From the NCBI GenBank assembly GCA_010093705.1, contig MU006098.1, positions 107,981 through 171,980 on the forward strand: DNA of 64,000 bases. Direction: 5' to 3'. The notes under the pieces were generated by a model. That model did no database searches. It worked only from the letters and a program-made list of their open reading frames with translations, and was not told where the DNA came from. The translations under genes were made by a program, and so were the position numbers. Of this stretch, positions 12,654 through 24,484 are shown piece after piece. Numbering within the stretch: the first letter of the stretch is position 1; every line of letters starts with the position of its first letter. The DNA comes from Patellaria atrata CBS 101060. Its lineage: Eukaryota.

Positions 12654-12885
12654 TCTCCTTTCATTTTTTTCATGCTTGCTTGACGCCAGCCATGAGTTTC
12701 TTTCCCTTCAGTTCACGTGTCGATAATTCTACTTGCTCTTTTGAACATTTGATAAAACAGCCGGTCAATTCTAAAAAATGAAACCTTTTTATCTTGGGCC
12801 AGAGGAGTTTGTTTTCTGGTGGGGCCGGGAAAAGAAAATAAGCATTTGATCAGATACCTAGGGGGTTGCATCCTTCAGGAGCTCC

Positions 12886-12905
12886 TTTTTTTTTTTTTTT
12901 TGTGT

Positions 12906-12942
<37 letters not shown>
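12886..12942. repeat. Poly-T run followed by a (TG)n microsatellite
   Basis: About 15 T followed by ~21 TG units with one interruption, downstream of the large ORF. Confidence 0.95.
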
Positions 12943-12946
<4 letters not shown>

Positions 12947-13481
12947 TGGGTTCTCCATTAGATACCTGCAGTTTGGTCTGCATTTTTGGGGGATATATGG
13001 TTTCTTTTCTTTTTTTTCTCTTTTGAACCTCATGGGTTTTATTATAACTGTTGCATCACGAGCTAGACTCTATGAAGATCGTTTTGATGGTATCTTGAGA
13101 GGTGAAGGTTGTTAGGTGGACTGATACTACTTACTACTCGTAAACGAATAATAGTAGATGTAGTACTGAAGAAAAGAAATTGCTTTTTAACTTTGATCTT
13201 CTGATTGAGCGCCGGAAGTCTCATGTTCAACGATCCCCCGTACGTACGATTGCCGAGACATAACTGTTCCGAGTAACACGACGTCCATGCAAGGGGAGTC
13301 AAGAGATTTACGAAATGTTTATTGTTTATTATTATCATTCACGAAATGCGTGCCCCCTTACATACCGCCCGATTACAACTCCATATCAACTTCCCTTCCT
13401 TCCCGCCTTCCTTCCACTCCCATCAAAGAGGCCAAAAAAAGAAAATTTAAAAAAAAAAAAAAGAACAAACCACTACAAACG

Positions 13482-14213
13482 ATGCGAAACAACACTCTTC
13501 CTCACCTTACTAGCCTTCAGCGCAACGGCTACAGCACAGGGCTTGCCCGAGTTTCCGGGGTGTGCTGTACGTTCCTATCCCCTGTCCCCCATCATATCAA
13601 ATAACCTCTCCTCCGCAACCAAATAATACCTCATGAACCCCCCTCCTCCCTAAGCTACAAAACTAACCCGAACGGAAATAGCTCAACTGTCTCATCACAG
13701 CCGTAATAGCCGCTGACTGCGGTCTCACGGATCTGACATGCCAGTGCGATCCGACCAAACGCGTTGCGATCACGGCGAGCGTGACGCCTTGTTTGGCGGG
13801 GAGTTCGTGCGGGCCGGCGGAGTTGGCTTGTTCGTTTTACCTTTCTCTTTTCTGCCTTTACCTTCCCGTTTTCTGGGTTTGTGCTTATGCTTGTGTATGG
13901 GGCTGACATGGGTGTTACAGCGATCCAAAATATAGCCGAGAGCGCGTGTGCGGGTGTCGGAGGGAGTTCGTCGGTTCGGGTGTCGGCGTCGGCTTCGGCG
14001 TCGGCTTCGGGGGCGTATGAGACTGGTAGTGCTGTGGTTACGGGGACGCATGCGTCGGCGACGGAGACGAAAACGGAAACGGATGCGGTGGCGACGACGA
14101 CGGGGGATGTGGATGTGGTGCCGGAGACTTATGAGGGGGGTGCTAGGGTCATGAGGGTGGGGACGGGTTTAGGGATGGGGGTTGGGGCTGCTTTGGCTGT
14201 GTTGGGGATGTAG
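13482..14213 (+). CDS. CFEM-domain, probably GPI-anchored cell-surface protein, 3 exons; apparent +1 frameshift just after the ATG
   Basis: Signal peptide TTLFLTLLAFSATATAQ. Introns 13567-13681 and 13830-13920. Eight-Cys CFEM pattern PGCA-LNC..DCGLTDLTCQC..PCL..SC..AC, a Ser/Thr stalk and a hydrophobic C-terminal tail. Confidence 0.8.
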
Positions 14214-14406
14214 GACGGAGTGAGAGTTGTGGGATGAGATGGCATGGTGGTTGTCTTCCTCCATGTCCCTGGGGATGAGGGATGAGATTCCCTTATCTGT
14301 CGTCGTCTGTTCCAGTTCATCTTTGGGGAGGAGAGTGTGCGAGTATCTTGTACGATGGGGGGATTTGTCTGTATTAATGGTCATGTACTGTACTTCGAGG
14401 CTATAA

Positions 14407-15531
14407 TCACGCATTCGTTATCGCCTCCAACCACCTCGCAGACCAATCCGTGAAGACGTCTTCGTACCCGTCCCAATTGAGGTTGACGACCGCGACCGCT
14501 TTCGAGGCTTCGAGACAGCTCTTCTCGAGGTACTTGTCCGCTTCTTTGGCGTCGAGTTCGTAGAATGCGCTCGCGAGCTCGTCGGTAAACTCTGGGACTG
14601 CTTTCAGGATCTCCATCAGTCGGTCCAGCGTCGCGAGCCGGGAGCTACTCTCGGCCTCTGTGCTCGTTGACCCGCCGGCAGCAGCGATTGGGGGGAAGGT
14701 CCTGAGCCTTCTCTTGATAAGGGCTTGGTATAACATCCCGATCGTTTTTAATTTCTTCAGTGTGCGTTCCAATTGACCCCTCAAATCCTCGTTCCCAGCC
14801 AGCTTATTTGGCGCTCCTAATATCTGATCTTGTATCCTCTCCTCAGCACCAGTCTCAGTATCATCATCCTCATCATCCATCTCATCCTCCTCATCCGCCC
14901 AATCCCGTAATTCCTCCACCGCATCTGCCAACATAGCCCTATACTCCTCGGCCTTCCTAACCACAACCCCCACAAGCCCCATCCGCTCAAGCGCGACCAA
15001 CGCATCGCACGCCTCCCACACAACACCAGTGCTAGCCAGACTGTCGCGGCCCTCCTTCCCACCACTCCTCGCCTTCTCCTTCCCCTTGATCCTCTCCCCG
15101 CGCTCAAACCCCTCCACCACGCCCCCGGTCTCGCGAAGCAGATTTTGCACCTCGCGCACCACGCGCCCGACCCGCAGCCGCACCTCGTGGTTCATGGTCG
15201 CGCCCCAGGATGTGGCGCGGCAGATTTCCACCGCCCCCATCATCGCGGGGAGACAGGTACCGCTGATGTCGCGGACGACCTTGGCCACTGCGGAGGGAGT
15301 GAAGGGGTCGTTGAGGAGGAGGAGGGAGAGTTTGGTCGTGTGGGCCTTCAGCAGGGTCGCGGCGTCTCGGAGGACGGCAAGGGGGTTTGGGGGGTTGGCT
15401 GGGAGGGGGGAAGGACTGGTTGGCCTGGAGGAGGATGTGAGGGAGGTTTGGAATTGCGTCAGGAGGGCGAGGGTTGTGTTCGTGAGGGATTTGAGGGATT
15501 GGATGTCGTTCTGGGGACTGGAAAACGCCAT
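14407..15531 (-). CDS. GCIP (Grap2/cyclin-D-interacting, CCNDBP1-like) domain protein
   Basis: Intronless ORF with likely start MAFSSPQ at 15531. Motifs LLKAHTTKLSLL, STGVVWEACD and DAVEELRDW followed by an acidic stretch, as in this family. Confidence 0.75.
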   Translation of the reverse strand: MAFSSPQNDIQSLKSLTNTTLALLTQFQTSLTSSSRPTSPSPLPANPPNPLAVLRDAATLLKAHTTKLSLLLLNDPFTPSAVAKVVRDISGTCLPAMMGAVEICRATSWGATMNHEVRLRVGRVVREVQNLLRETGGVVEGFERGERIKGKEKARSGGKEGRDSLASTGVVWEACDALVALERMGLVGVVVRKAEEYRAMLADAVEELRDWADEEDEMDDEDDDTETGAEERIQDQILGAPNKLAGNEDLRGQLERTLKKLKTIGMLYQALIKRRLRTFPPIAAAGGSTSTEAESSSRLATLDRLMEILKAVPEFTDELASAFYELDAKEADKYLEKSCLEASKAVAVVNLNWDGYEDVFTDWSARWLEAITNA

Positions 15532-16160
15532 TTCGTTCGACAGTGTTGGGGAGAGTATAGTAGAGTATAGTATAGCCAAGTAATGGTGGGTTTGCTGTGA
15601 AGAAAAAGTTGAGGTTATCATAAAGGAAGCAGTTGTGGTTTTTTATCTTTTTTTGATATCGCGAGCATGTGGGGTAACCGTAAGGCTTCCTAGGGCTTCC
15701 TTCTGATTATTCGAGGGGCATCTCGTCTGCATGTCGTGCAGCTCGAATACGAGCCGAGATTTGGCGAAGGTGTCAAAGCTTACCCTCGTTTCGCACCCGA
15801 TGTTTCACTTTTACCTTCATCCTCCCTCGCCTACGCACATGGAAGTTCTGTTGCATGCAAGCGATGTATCAGATCAGAGAGCTTCCATCTTGGTAACCTT
15901 CTCCCGTCTTACCAGAACAGATAGTCCTACACCTCAACTTGGCTAACATCCTCAGCGGCATTTGGAATTCTGCACTGGGGGCTGGCTGATGAAGGAGTTG
16001 ATAATGGAAAGGCCCGATTGATAAACTGCTTGTAACTGGAATATCCGGAAAATGCTATTACACGTAATGAAGAGTCTAATATACCCGCATCAGCCCCTAT
16101 TTTCGTACTCTGCAACTTTTAGATAGGAAAGGTAAGAACATGAATTAACACCGTGGTGAC

Positions 16161-16207
<47 letters not shown>

Positions 16208-16253
16208 AGAAGAAGGAGGAGGAGGAGGAGGAGGAGGAGGAGGAGGAGGAGGA
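16161..16253. repeat. Compound (GAA)n/(GGA)n trinucleotide microsatellite
   Basis: About 93 bp of pure purine GAA then GGA repeats just 3' of the GH16 gene. Confidence 0.95.
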
Positions 16254-16337
16254 AAAGAAAGAAATGAAAGGAAGTTAGGATATGCTCGACACTACACAGG
16301 TATTACCAAACCTTTAGTCCAACTCGAATTCCCACAT

Positions 16338-18206
16338 TTACAACATAATCAGCGCTATCAAACCAGCAACACCAACCCCAACGCTCATCTCCGCCCCCAT
16401 CCTCCATCCTGCCCGCCGCGCCTGTAAACTGCGATAACGGTCCAGTACCCGTCTTGGTCTTCATCGGAGCCGCTGTCCCATCAGCTGAGACCGCGCGTCC
16501 TGCTCCGGTAGGGTAACCTCCATGCGTCCCATTACCGCTTGGATGGGGATACGGAGCGTACGATCCATGTTCGCCATCATCGTCCCCATCGACATCTTCA
16601 GAGGGTGAATCATTCTCCTCAGCGTGAGTCTGGGTTGGCTGGTTGGGGTCCGCGGTGACGGTGTAGTACTGGGTAACGGTAGCGGTCTTGTCGACGCAAA
16701 CGGATTCCGTGGGTTCCAGGGGATTTTGTTCGGGGGCGTCGGTGCTCTCTTCTGGTTCCTCGTAGCTAGACCCTTCGTCGCCCTCCTCGTCATGATGGTC
16801 TGGGGTAGGCGTAGGAGTTACGGATATCAGGGTGCGGGTCGTTGTATCTGTTGTAGGCTCGCCGGTACTTGTGGGAGGGGTGCTCTGGAGGAGGGCTTGA
16901 TGTGCTATCAGTGGACTCTGATGCACTCTCGGTATGCTCATGGTTATATCCGCCAGTGGGCTTGGAGGTGTTGTCAGTTGGCTTGGAGGTGTTCCAAGTA
17001 GGTTTGGAAGAGGTATCCGTAGGCCGAGAGGAAGCCCCGGTCCCCTTGGAGGTGGTAGTGCTATCTGTACATGTAGTACTCTCCTCGGACTTTGTAGTTC
17101 CAGTGGGTTTGGGAGTGCTCTCTGACGCTTTATTCGTAGTTTGAGCGGACTTCGTCGTGTCCGCAGACTTGGTTGTCCCAGCAGACCTTGTAGTTTCAGC
17201 AGACTTTGTGCTTTGAGTAACCGGTGTAGTTGTCGGCTCAGTGCATGTAGTGTAATCATAATCATCCTCAGAGTCATCCTCATCGCCGGGATCGGGAGTC
17301 TCAGTATCATCCCCTTCATCGACACCACCATCCTCGAGGATCTCAATGCTCTCCCAAGTTCCAGATTGATCACCATACCGATACTCGTCTGCAGGCGCAT
17401 AGTTCGTAATCGCCACCTTTGATACACTCATCGTGAAAGGAGCTTGAGTATAGTTGGTCTTTCCGCCCGCCCACTTGACGGTACCTGCATTGGGAGAGTC
17501 ACCTCCAGCCCAGATCCCGAGGCGGATGTTCATGGGGGTTTGAGGGTAAGACTTCCCGCCGGCTGCGTCTTCCTTCTTGAGCGTTCGAACGGTAACGTCG
17601 TCGATGATCCAGTTGAGTTCGGTATCAGTCCATTCGATCGAATATGTATGAGAGTCCTTTGTGAAGTCTTGAACTGCAGAAAAGCCTCCTCGATCATGGG
17701 TTGTGGTGTTACCTCTGCTGAAGTAGTTCGTTTGGACTTCGTTGGGTTTATTACCGATGAACTCCTTTGTCATGTTAGTACAAGACGTCTACTTCCGAAG
17801 TGTAATTTGGTTAACTCACCCAATCGATTTCGTCAAGGTCGTCAGATTGTAAGACAAGGCTGCTTACGATACCAGTTCCTTTCGACGCCTTCATGGTTAT
17901 ATCTACTCTACCACCGAAGATATAGAACGGTGTTCGGATTGTGGGTGACTCTCCGGTCTTATGAATCGTAAACTCGGTTCCATCGGCGCCAAAGTCAACC
18001 TTGCCGTTGGTGACACTCCAGTCTCCAATTTTACCTGTTGTGAAATCATGGACCCTGGTGTCTTGGTCGAGAGCTTTGTTGTTGGGACAATCGGTTTTCT
18101 TCAAAGGATTGCAGTCAGACCATGTCTGAGTGGAAGCCAAAGGAGCGGCTATCGCAACGATGCCAACGGCGGTCGCGAAATAGGTACGCATATTGTACTG
18201 TTTCAA
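16338..18206 (-). CDS. GH16 Crh1/Crf1-like cell-wall transglycosylase with a frameshifted C-terminal tail
   Basis: Signal peptide, TWSDCNPL, and catalytic DEIDWE split by intron 17765-17819. VQTNYF and PQTPMNIRLGIWAGGD follow, then a Ser/Thr stalk. The main frame stops at 16790, while the stalk and GPI signal continue in two other frames to the stop at 16338. Confidence 0.85.
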
Positions 18207-18963
18207 TGTAAGATTCTGTAAAGAATGACTAGGGTTAGGAGGGATAGAGAAAGTGATGAAGGTTGCAAACGAAAGGAGGGGGTGGTAGAATAGAAATTCA
18301 GTAACTCGAAATTACATTACGCCATTTTATGAGATAGAATCGAAGTTACTCGACAAAGCCGTTGTCGCAGTCTGGGCAAATTTGCAATTGACCCTCTCAA
18401 AGGATTTCAAGCCAAGTCATCGATCGACTCGAAATGTGGCTTCTCCGTATTTGGATCAGACAAAGAGCATCTCTCCTAAATCTGAAATAGCCAGAGGATA
18501 AGAGTTGACAAAGATATCTACCTTGAGCCGAATCCAAATCCCCAGTGAGGTATCAATTATGAATTGACTTGACGAGATAAAGTGCAGTTGTTGATATCTG
18601 TGAATTGATAAATCGACCTACCCAGCAGTACCGACGCGTGAGCCTTTGTAAGGAATGGTTTTGGAAATATGACTAAAGGTGAACCGTAGGCCACTATCAT
18701 GCGAGATAAAGGTTGATGGGTGATGGTAGAAGATGAACTGTGCTATTTCTTAGTGACGACTTTTACTGGAGGTTGTCTTTAACAATATCCAACACCTGCT
18801 CTTGTCTCTCTGAGCTTAACTTCCCACCGGCACTGAATGTAACAAAGAAGCATCTACCTTTGAACCAAAAAGAAATATGTAACTTCTATACCTCTTACTT
18901 ACCTCATTGTTTCCCTTTACCTTTAATTAATTCCCTTCTACTACATCAAAAGAAATCCTAGCC

Positions 18964-19200
18964 AAAAAAAAAAAGAACTTAAATAGCAAAACTGAAAGCC
19001 ACGCTCGCCATTCAGAAACCCCCCGGACGGGTTTTTTCCGCTCGCCCTTAGAGGGTACCGCAACCGCACTGACCTGAACGTGACTGCGTATTCCACGCCG
19101 CTCGGGGTAGGGTTTCTCTAAGGTGGTTGGTGTGAGATTCGAACTGGGGACCGACCGATAGGAGGTTCGGTTCGTCGCCACTAGACCATATGATTAATTG
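18964..19200 (-). ncRNA. Candidate RNA polymerase III-transcribed structured ncRNA (not a tRNA)
   Basis: On the minus strand: A box TGGTCTAGTGG (19188-19178), B box GTTCGAATC (19144-19136), a GC-rich helical body and a T11 terminator (18974-18964). No cloverleaf can be formed. Confidence 0.55.
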
Positions 19201-19676
19201 TAATGGGAATTGGCGGAAAGAACTTATAAGGCGCAAGGCGAGGGGCAGGTACAATGGACAGGTTTTTACGTTGTTCAAGTTTTTTGTGAATAGGAGAAAC
19301 GTGACATGTCGTTGGAGTGGGAAATAGAAACCTTGGCATTCTCGAAAGGAGATTTCAAAAGGGGCCACTACTATAGAAGCTTAGAGAAACTTGGTACTAT
19401 GTCTTGCGATATACTTATGCCGATTTTTAAATTGGTATAATGACTGGTAATACGGCACTTTGAAATTCATTTATGAAAAAGCGTTGATACAAGGAAAAAG
19501 TTTTGATCACGTCAAAGTCAATATGAGTAATTAGACAAACATAGGATCATGCATTTCATGCAACGAGTAAATTACCAGTCCTGGTAAAGCGCAACTATAT
19601 GCGTGTCCAACGCCTTTTCCGAACGCCTTGAAACCGATGGACACTTCCCTAGTACGTCTAGAAATAATACAAGTGT

Positions 19677-22556
19677 CTAATGTAGGAGTTTATCTGCCGC
19701 ATTGGCTAGAATATCCGCGGCCTTCTCAAGTTGTGCTTGAGCTGCTTTCCAGTCCTGGGCATCAATGGCATCTCGAATAGCTGGGAAGTATGCCTCATCA
19801 TACCCTGACCACGTTTGTGGTGCAAAGAGGATATGTTTAAATTGTTCACGTCCGGGGACCTGTGATGAGTTAGCTGGGAAATTTCTGAAGTGGAGAATAT
19901 TATAGAGTGAATACATACGCCGTGCTTCTGATTGTCCGACCCGCTCTTCGGTAGGTCCAGAAGGTTGGACTCGAAGTCAGTCATCCTAGAATTGTGCATG
20001 ACTCTCTCCATCGCGAGTGCATTACTTTCTAGACCGGCGCGGCCATAGACTTGTCCGTACCAATAATCCTGCCAGTTTTCGAATTCCTTGGCTGTCTTTT
20101 TAAATTTGGTGGCTGCTTGCACCAATTTTGTCGTGTCGAATTTGGTACCATGCTCGTCTGGCTCCCAAGGCGCACCTTTGGAGTTTGCGTATTGCTCCAT
20201 ATCGTTGATATAGCCAGTCACAGCTGACGCGTAAGTCTTGAGATCGAAAGGGATGATAGGTTCCTGGGAGAGCTCCAGGATAAGTAGAATCCAGACCTCA
20301 GCGAGAGTACCATGATAGATAAAGCCTGGATCGCCGAATGTCTCCATCCACTCGAATGTCTCATAACAACTATGATATGGGTATCCTGGTCCATCGAATC
20401 CGAAATCTATACTTGACGTCCCTGCCATTGACTGAAATGCAACATAGTCGCTTCCAGCGCCTAAACCTTCAAGTCTACTATCAGATTCCTCCCAGATAGT
20501 TTTGAGAGTCTTATTCTTGAATGGATCTCCAACACGATCTAAGACCCGGAGAAGCGCTCGCTTGAAGATGGGAGATGCTGATGCTCGAAATTTGTTTCCG
20601 ACCACACCAACATCGACATTAAGATATGCTACACCATTTGCACGTAAATCCTCTATGTTTTCTTCTACGTGCTCCGTAGAACCAATGAGGTTGTATTCTT
20701 CGGCGTCCCAGGAAGCGAACTCGATAGTACGGAGCGGTCGCCAGCCTTGTTCGCGAAGTAAACCTAAAATAGCGACAACTTCTAACATCACCGCAGTTCC
20801 ACTGTACAGAGTTAGATCGTTTCCGCTCGTTCTCAAAGGAGACTACTCACCTGCCTGGATCTGCAGCACCAAAGCACCAGGAATCTCGATGGTTACCTAC
20901 GACGATTTTCTTTGCCTTTGTCTCCAAGCCCTCGATTACGCCCAGAACGTTATAGATTGGCTGTTTTTCTATCTCATCCTGCTCGTTTTTAAGTTGTACG
21001 ATTGGCGATGTTTGATCACCGGACCAGAACTCATCGATATCTGGTATCCCACCAACCCATTCAATGGGGACTTCCTCACCATGTCCTTTGAGGACGCTTA
21101 AAAGCCTCTGAGCATCTCGCCATGCGAGCGGAATGCTAGGGATATTGACTAGTCCAGGATTGTTCTCTTTGCTAAGCCTTTCAACATCTCCCCTACTTGC
21201 CCAACCAGGAGTGAGAACATCACCGATAACCCAGCTCATAAGACTGACTGCACCTCTCTGTACACTATCACTGGGTCTCCATCTACCTGTTGGCCAGACG
21301 TCCCCCTTTCCGAAGCCGTCTTGTTCAGGGTCGGAGTATATTATACACCCAATTGCACCTGCAAGCTCAGCAGCTTTAACCTTTAATGCTCTATCGCCTT
21401 GCGTGCCATAATAGCGGACCAAGACTACTGAGCCAGTAACATTGATGCCATGATCTTTCAATAGTTTGAAATCTTCCCTGGACCCATAATTGGCGTAGAT
21501 AAGAGGCCCCTTAACGTTGCCTGATTTTGAGTGACCATGAAAGACCATAGTCTGCTTTTGTTGGGGGGTAGGATTGATGTATACGGATTCTTCTTCAATT
21601 TTCGCTTCCCAAGCAAGCTCCGGTGGGTCGATGATCGCAACTCTTCGCCCTCCCTCTTTTGGATAGTTGAGATAAACCGCGTAACTAACCTATCATCAGT
21701 ATTCGTGTAGATATCGATAAACTCTCAACGCTCACTCTTCAAGTCCATATACATCCATATGTCCATCCTTAAACAAGCCCTCGATCCACCGAGCAAGATA
21801 TAGACTACCTTCCGAACCAGCAACATGATCAAATGAAGAGATGTGCTTAAGATTATCTCTTATTCTTCCAAGATCAATGTTACTTTGCGCAAACCCACGT
21901 ACCCACTCAGAATTGAATGGTTGACCTAAGCCACCATATTGAGAGGGCATAATCTCCACCACAAGCAATGCATATATGGCCGACACCAAAACGAACAGTC
22001 CGAATAATCGCGCTAGGACGGACCAACCAGGTCTATACTCGTCCGGGATATATGGTAACCTTGAGCTTATGATGTCAAAGGATATCGAAGGGAAAGGGAT
22101 TCGAAATGACCGAAAGGAGGGAAAATGTATGGATGAAAGTGTCATCGTAATACTCGAGATTCGTTTTGAAAATGTTCTACGTAAACGTGCTCTCCGTTGT
22201 GCTGCTGTCTCTGAATCCTCTGGATCTAATACTTCCAGTTCCTCCATGTCCCTCCGTAACGCTTCATCTTCGTCCTCATCCTCATCGTCACTTGGAGGTG
22301 TCACCTCGGGTAGATATAGGTCGCTGTCAACACTCGATCGCACCGATTGGACTGTTGGAGGGTGGTAACCATCTCTTCTTCTTGGATGGGTTCCGCTGGA
22401 GTCGCGTCCTAGGAGACCTTGCCGCTCAGCATCGTCGCTGACTTCTTCTGGACCGAGGCGGGATTGAGAGGATGGAGGGCGTGAAGACGTGGCCTCTTCA
22501 TATGTAGGTATTGGAAGACTCTCGTACTCTTTATAGACATGCTTCTCGTCCACCAT
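19677..22556 (-). CDS. Glutamate carboxypeptidase II / transferrin-receptor-like M28B membrane protein (Tre/Vps70 family), multi-exon
   Basis: N-terminal PTYEEA motif and one TM segment. PA domain (YANYGSREDF), M28 motifs GNHRDSW..GAADP, SWDAEEY and YHSCYE, and a TfR dimerisation region (FKHILFAPQTWSGY). Confidence 0.9.
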
Positions 22557-23068
22557 TTGTACGGAGGTGGAGGGACTCTAGGTCCTCTGAAGCTGGGACT
22601 GAGGCCAAGGCTGGAGGAATGTTCAAGGACAACTATCTTGCCATAATCTGGGGGTTCTGTTTCCTAGGATCGACTGCGGAAGGTAAAACAACTGGAATAT
22701 TTTTTCAAAATCAAAGGAATATTCAGATACTTTTTGCCCGAGCTGCCGTTCAACATCCTCCCTAAGACGTCCAAGACCTTGTCGTGATCTGGCTGCGTTG
22801 CCTTTCAGGGGTCTGTGCTGCCGAAATGCCCGATGTCACTTTTTTGATACAGGGGCAACATCAGACTCCGACTTCACTTATTTTGCTCATAAATTGTACC
22901 CGAATTCTACACGTAAGAGAGACTGATCAAAATCGTCGCATTTAATTTTCTGGATGCTAACTTTAGCATTACAGGCGCCAATGACATAACCATCACCATT
23001 TTCATGTGCAAGCCACTTTCAGTTTTAAAACATTAATATGATTATCTATATACAATAACCTTGCCCTC

Positions 23069-24484
23069 TCAAATAGCATAGGCTTTCATACTTGGTTCTT
23101 TCTTCCCTTTTATGACATACATCAAGATGTTTAGTGCGGCGTTAATGTTCGTTGACCCGTGGGTTGCGATCACGTCCACAGCAGTGAGACCAGGTGCTGC
23201 AGCCTGTTTACAAACTTTACTAAGTGAGAGTCTGCTCGTCTTCCCGGGACCATCGTGTGTTAGGGCATCCTCGATAAGGGCCCACGCAAGTGCATTGTAG
23301 AGGATTCCTCCGTGCAGTACAGTCTTGCCAGCCACTTGCCCAGGACACAAATCCTGAACATAGTTATTCGACACACCTATGCTTCGAGAGTCCTGTATGT
23401 AACCTGAAGCAGTTTTACCCCGCTGAGGTTGAACAACCTCATCTGTACCAGAATATACCGTTGTGGTAGGTACGAAAGCACTATCTCCCCCTTTCCCTCG
23501 CAGTGTTGCTATGAATTTGCTGTTGTACCTCTGTTGCATGACGCTAGGAGTGCATCCGAACAGGCCGAGTAGTGGACAGAGGATGTCTGCCGTCATCGAA
23601 CCATGAAAATCAGGACTCAGAGCAACAAAGTCGGAGACGGCATCCCGGGTGGACGGCCAATATTTAAGTCCCCATTGTGTATTAAGGGAGCCTTGAGACC
23701 AGGTTACGACAGCTACTTTCCTCGACCCGCAGATGCTGCTAATATAGTTGATAGCGTAAGCCACGTATTCAGCGGAGATCTGAACGTCGCCTAGGCTTGT
23801 TCCAGGGATATTGACCCACAGAGGGTCCGCAAAGCTAGAAGATGCAAGAAGAGGTGAGAGGTTGTTTTCGAAGCTTGAACCAGCAGAAACGGCGGTGCCT
23901 GGTACTAAGATTACTGGGACCTTGCCGTTGGCACCATATTTGAAAGACGACGGAATATATAAAGCCGCTCGAAGAGACGCTTCAGGGACTGAGTACGGAG
24001 CATCTGTAGACGACTTCTTCGGATAAATTGTGGCTGAAGGGTTCTTTTTATTATTATTCAAATAAGAATCGATCCCTCCAGGTCGTCGCTTCTGAAGCTC
24101 TGTGTCAGATGTCGTACCTTTGAGCTTCAGCTCGGCTGCATAGCTTATGATGTTGGGAGGTGTTGCCTGGGCGAGTGCTGCAGCCGCTAGTGATATAGCT
24201 TTTTCAATCGAGCTTGGATCAGTTCCTGCAACGACAGCATCAAGGACAGAAATGTACGCTGCTGATGCATCCTCGGCAGAAACACTGTTATTTGAAATGG
24301 CAGATGCAATAGTGGTAAGGTTCGAAGTAAGGAGAGATTCGTCTTCAATGGAAGATGATGGTAACGAGAGGACTTGAACGACTGGAGCTGGAAGCTCCTC
24401 TCTTCTAGCTATAGGACTTGCCCTAACTAGCGTTTCGAAAAGAAAGAAGATAAAGAATGTAATAAAGAAATGAGAGTAAGCCAT
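23069..24484 (-). CDS. Secreted lipase B (CalB-like) alpha/beta hydrolase
   Basis: Signal peptide, pro-region ending KRR, PVILVPGT, nucleophile elbow TWSQG, SPDFHG, catalytic Asp in TDEVVQPQ and His in LHGGIL. Intronless, 471 aa. Confidence 0.92.
   Translation of the reverse strand: MAYSHFFITFFIFFLFETLVRASPIARREELPAPVVQVLSLPSSSIEDESLLTSNLTTIASAISNNSVSAEDASAAYISVLDAVVAGTDPSSIEKAISLAAAALAQATPPNIISYAAELKLKGTTSDTELQKRRPGGIDSYLNNNKKNPSATIYPKKSSTDAPYSVPEASLRAALYIPSSFKYGANGKVPVILVPGTAVSAGSSFENNLSPLLASSSFADPLWVNIPGTSLGDVQISAEYVAYAINYISSICGSRKVAVVTWSQGSLNTQWGLKYWPSTRDAVSDFVALSPDFHGSMTADILCPLLGLFGCTPSVMQQRYNSKFIATLRGKGGDSAFVPTTTVYSGTDEVVQPQRGKTASGYIQDSRSIGVSNNYVQDLCPGQVAGKTVLHGGILYNALAWALIEDALTHDGPGKTSRLSLSKVCKQAAAPGLTAVDVIATHGSTNINAALNILMYVIKGKKEPSMKAYAI

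Noticed and set aside
14817..15583. Long antisense or alternative-frame ORFs over GC-rich genes (also at 17444-17971, 20502-21101 and 40181-40744)
   Set aside because: Shadows of the real CDS caused by codon bias.
19120..19195. tRNA gene suggested by the A and B boxes
   Set aside because: The T-stem (CCCAG/CTCAC) and acceptor stem do not pair and there is no anticodon arm. Kept only as a Pol III ncRNA candidate.
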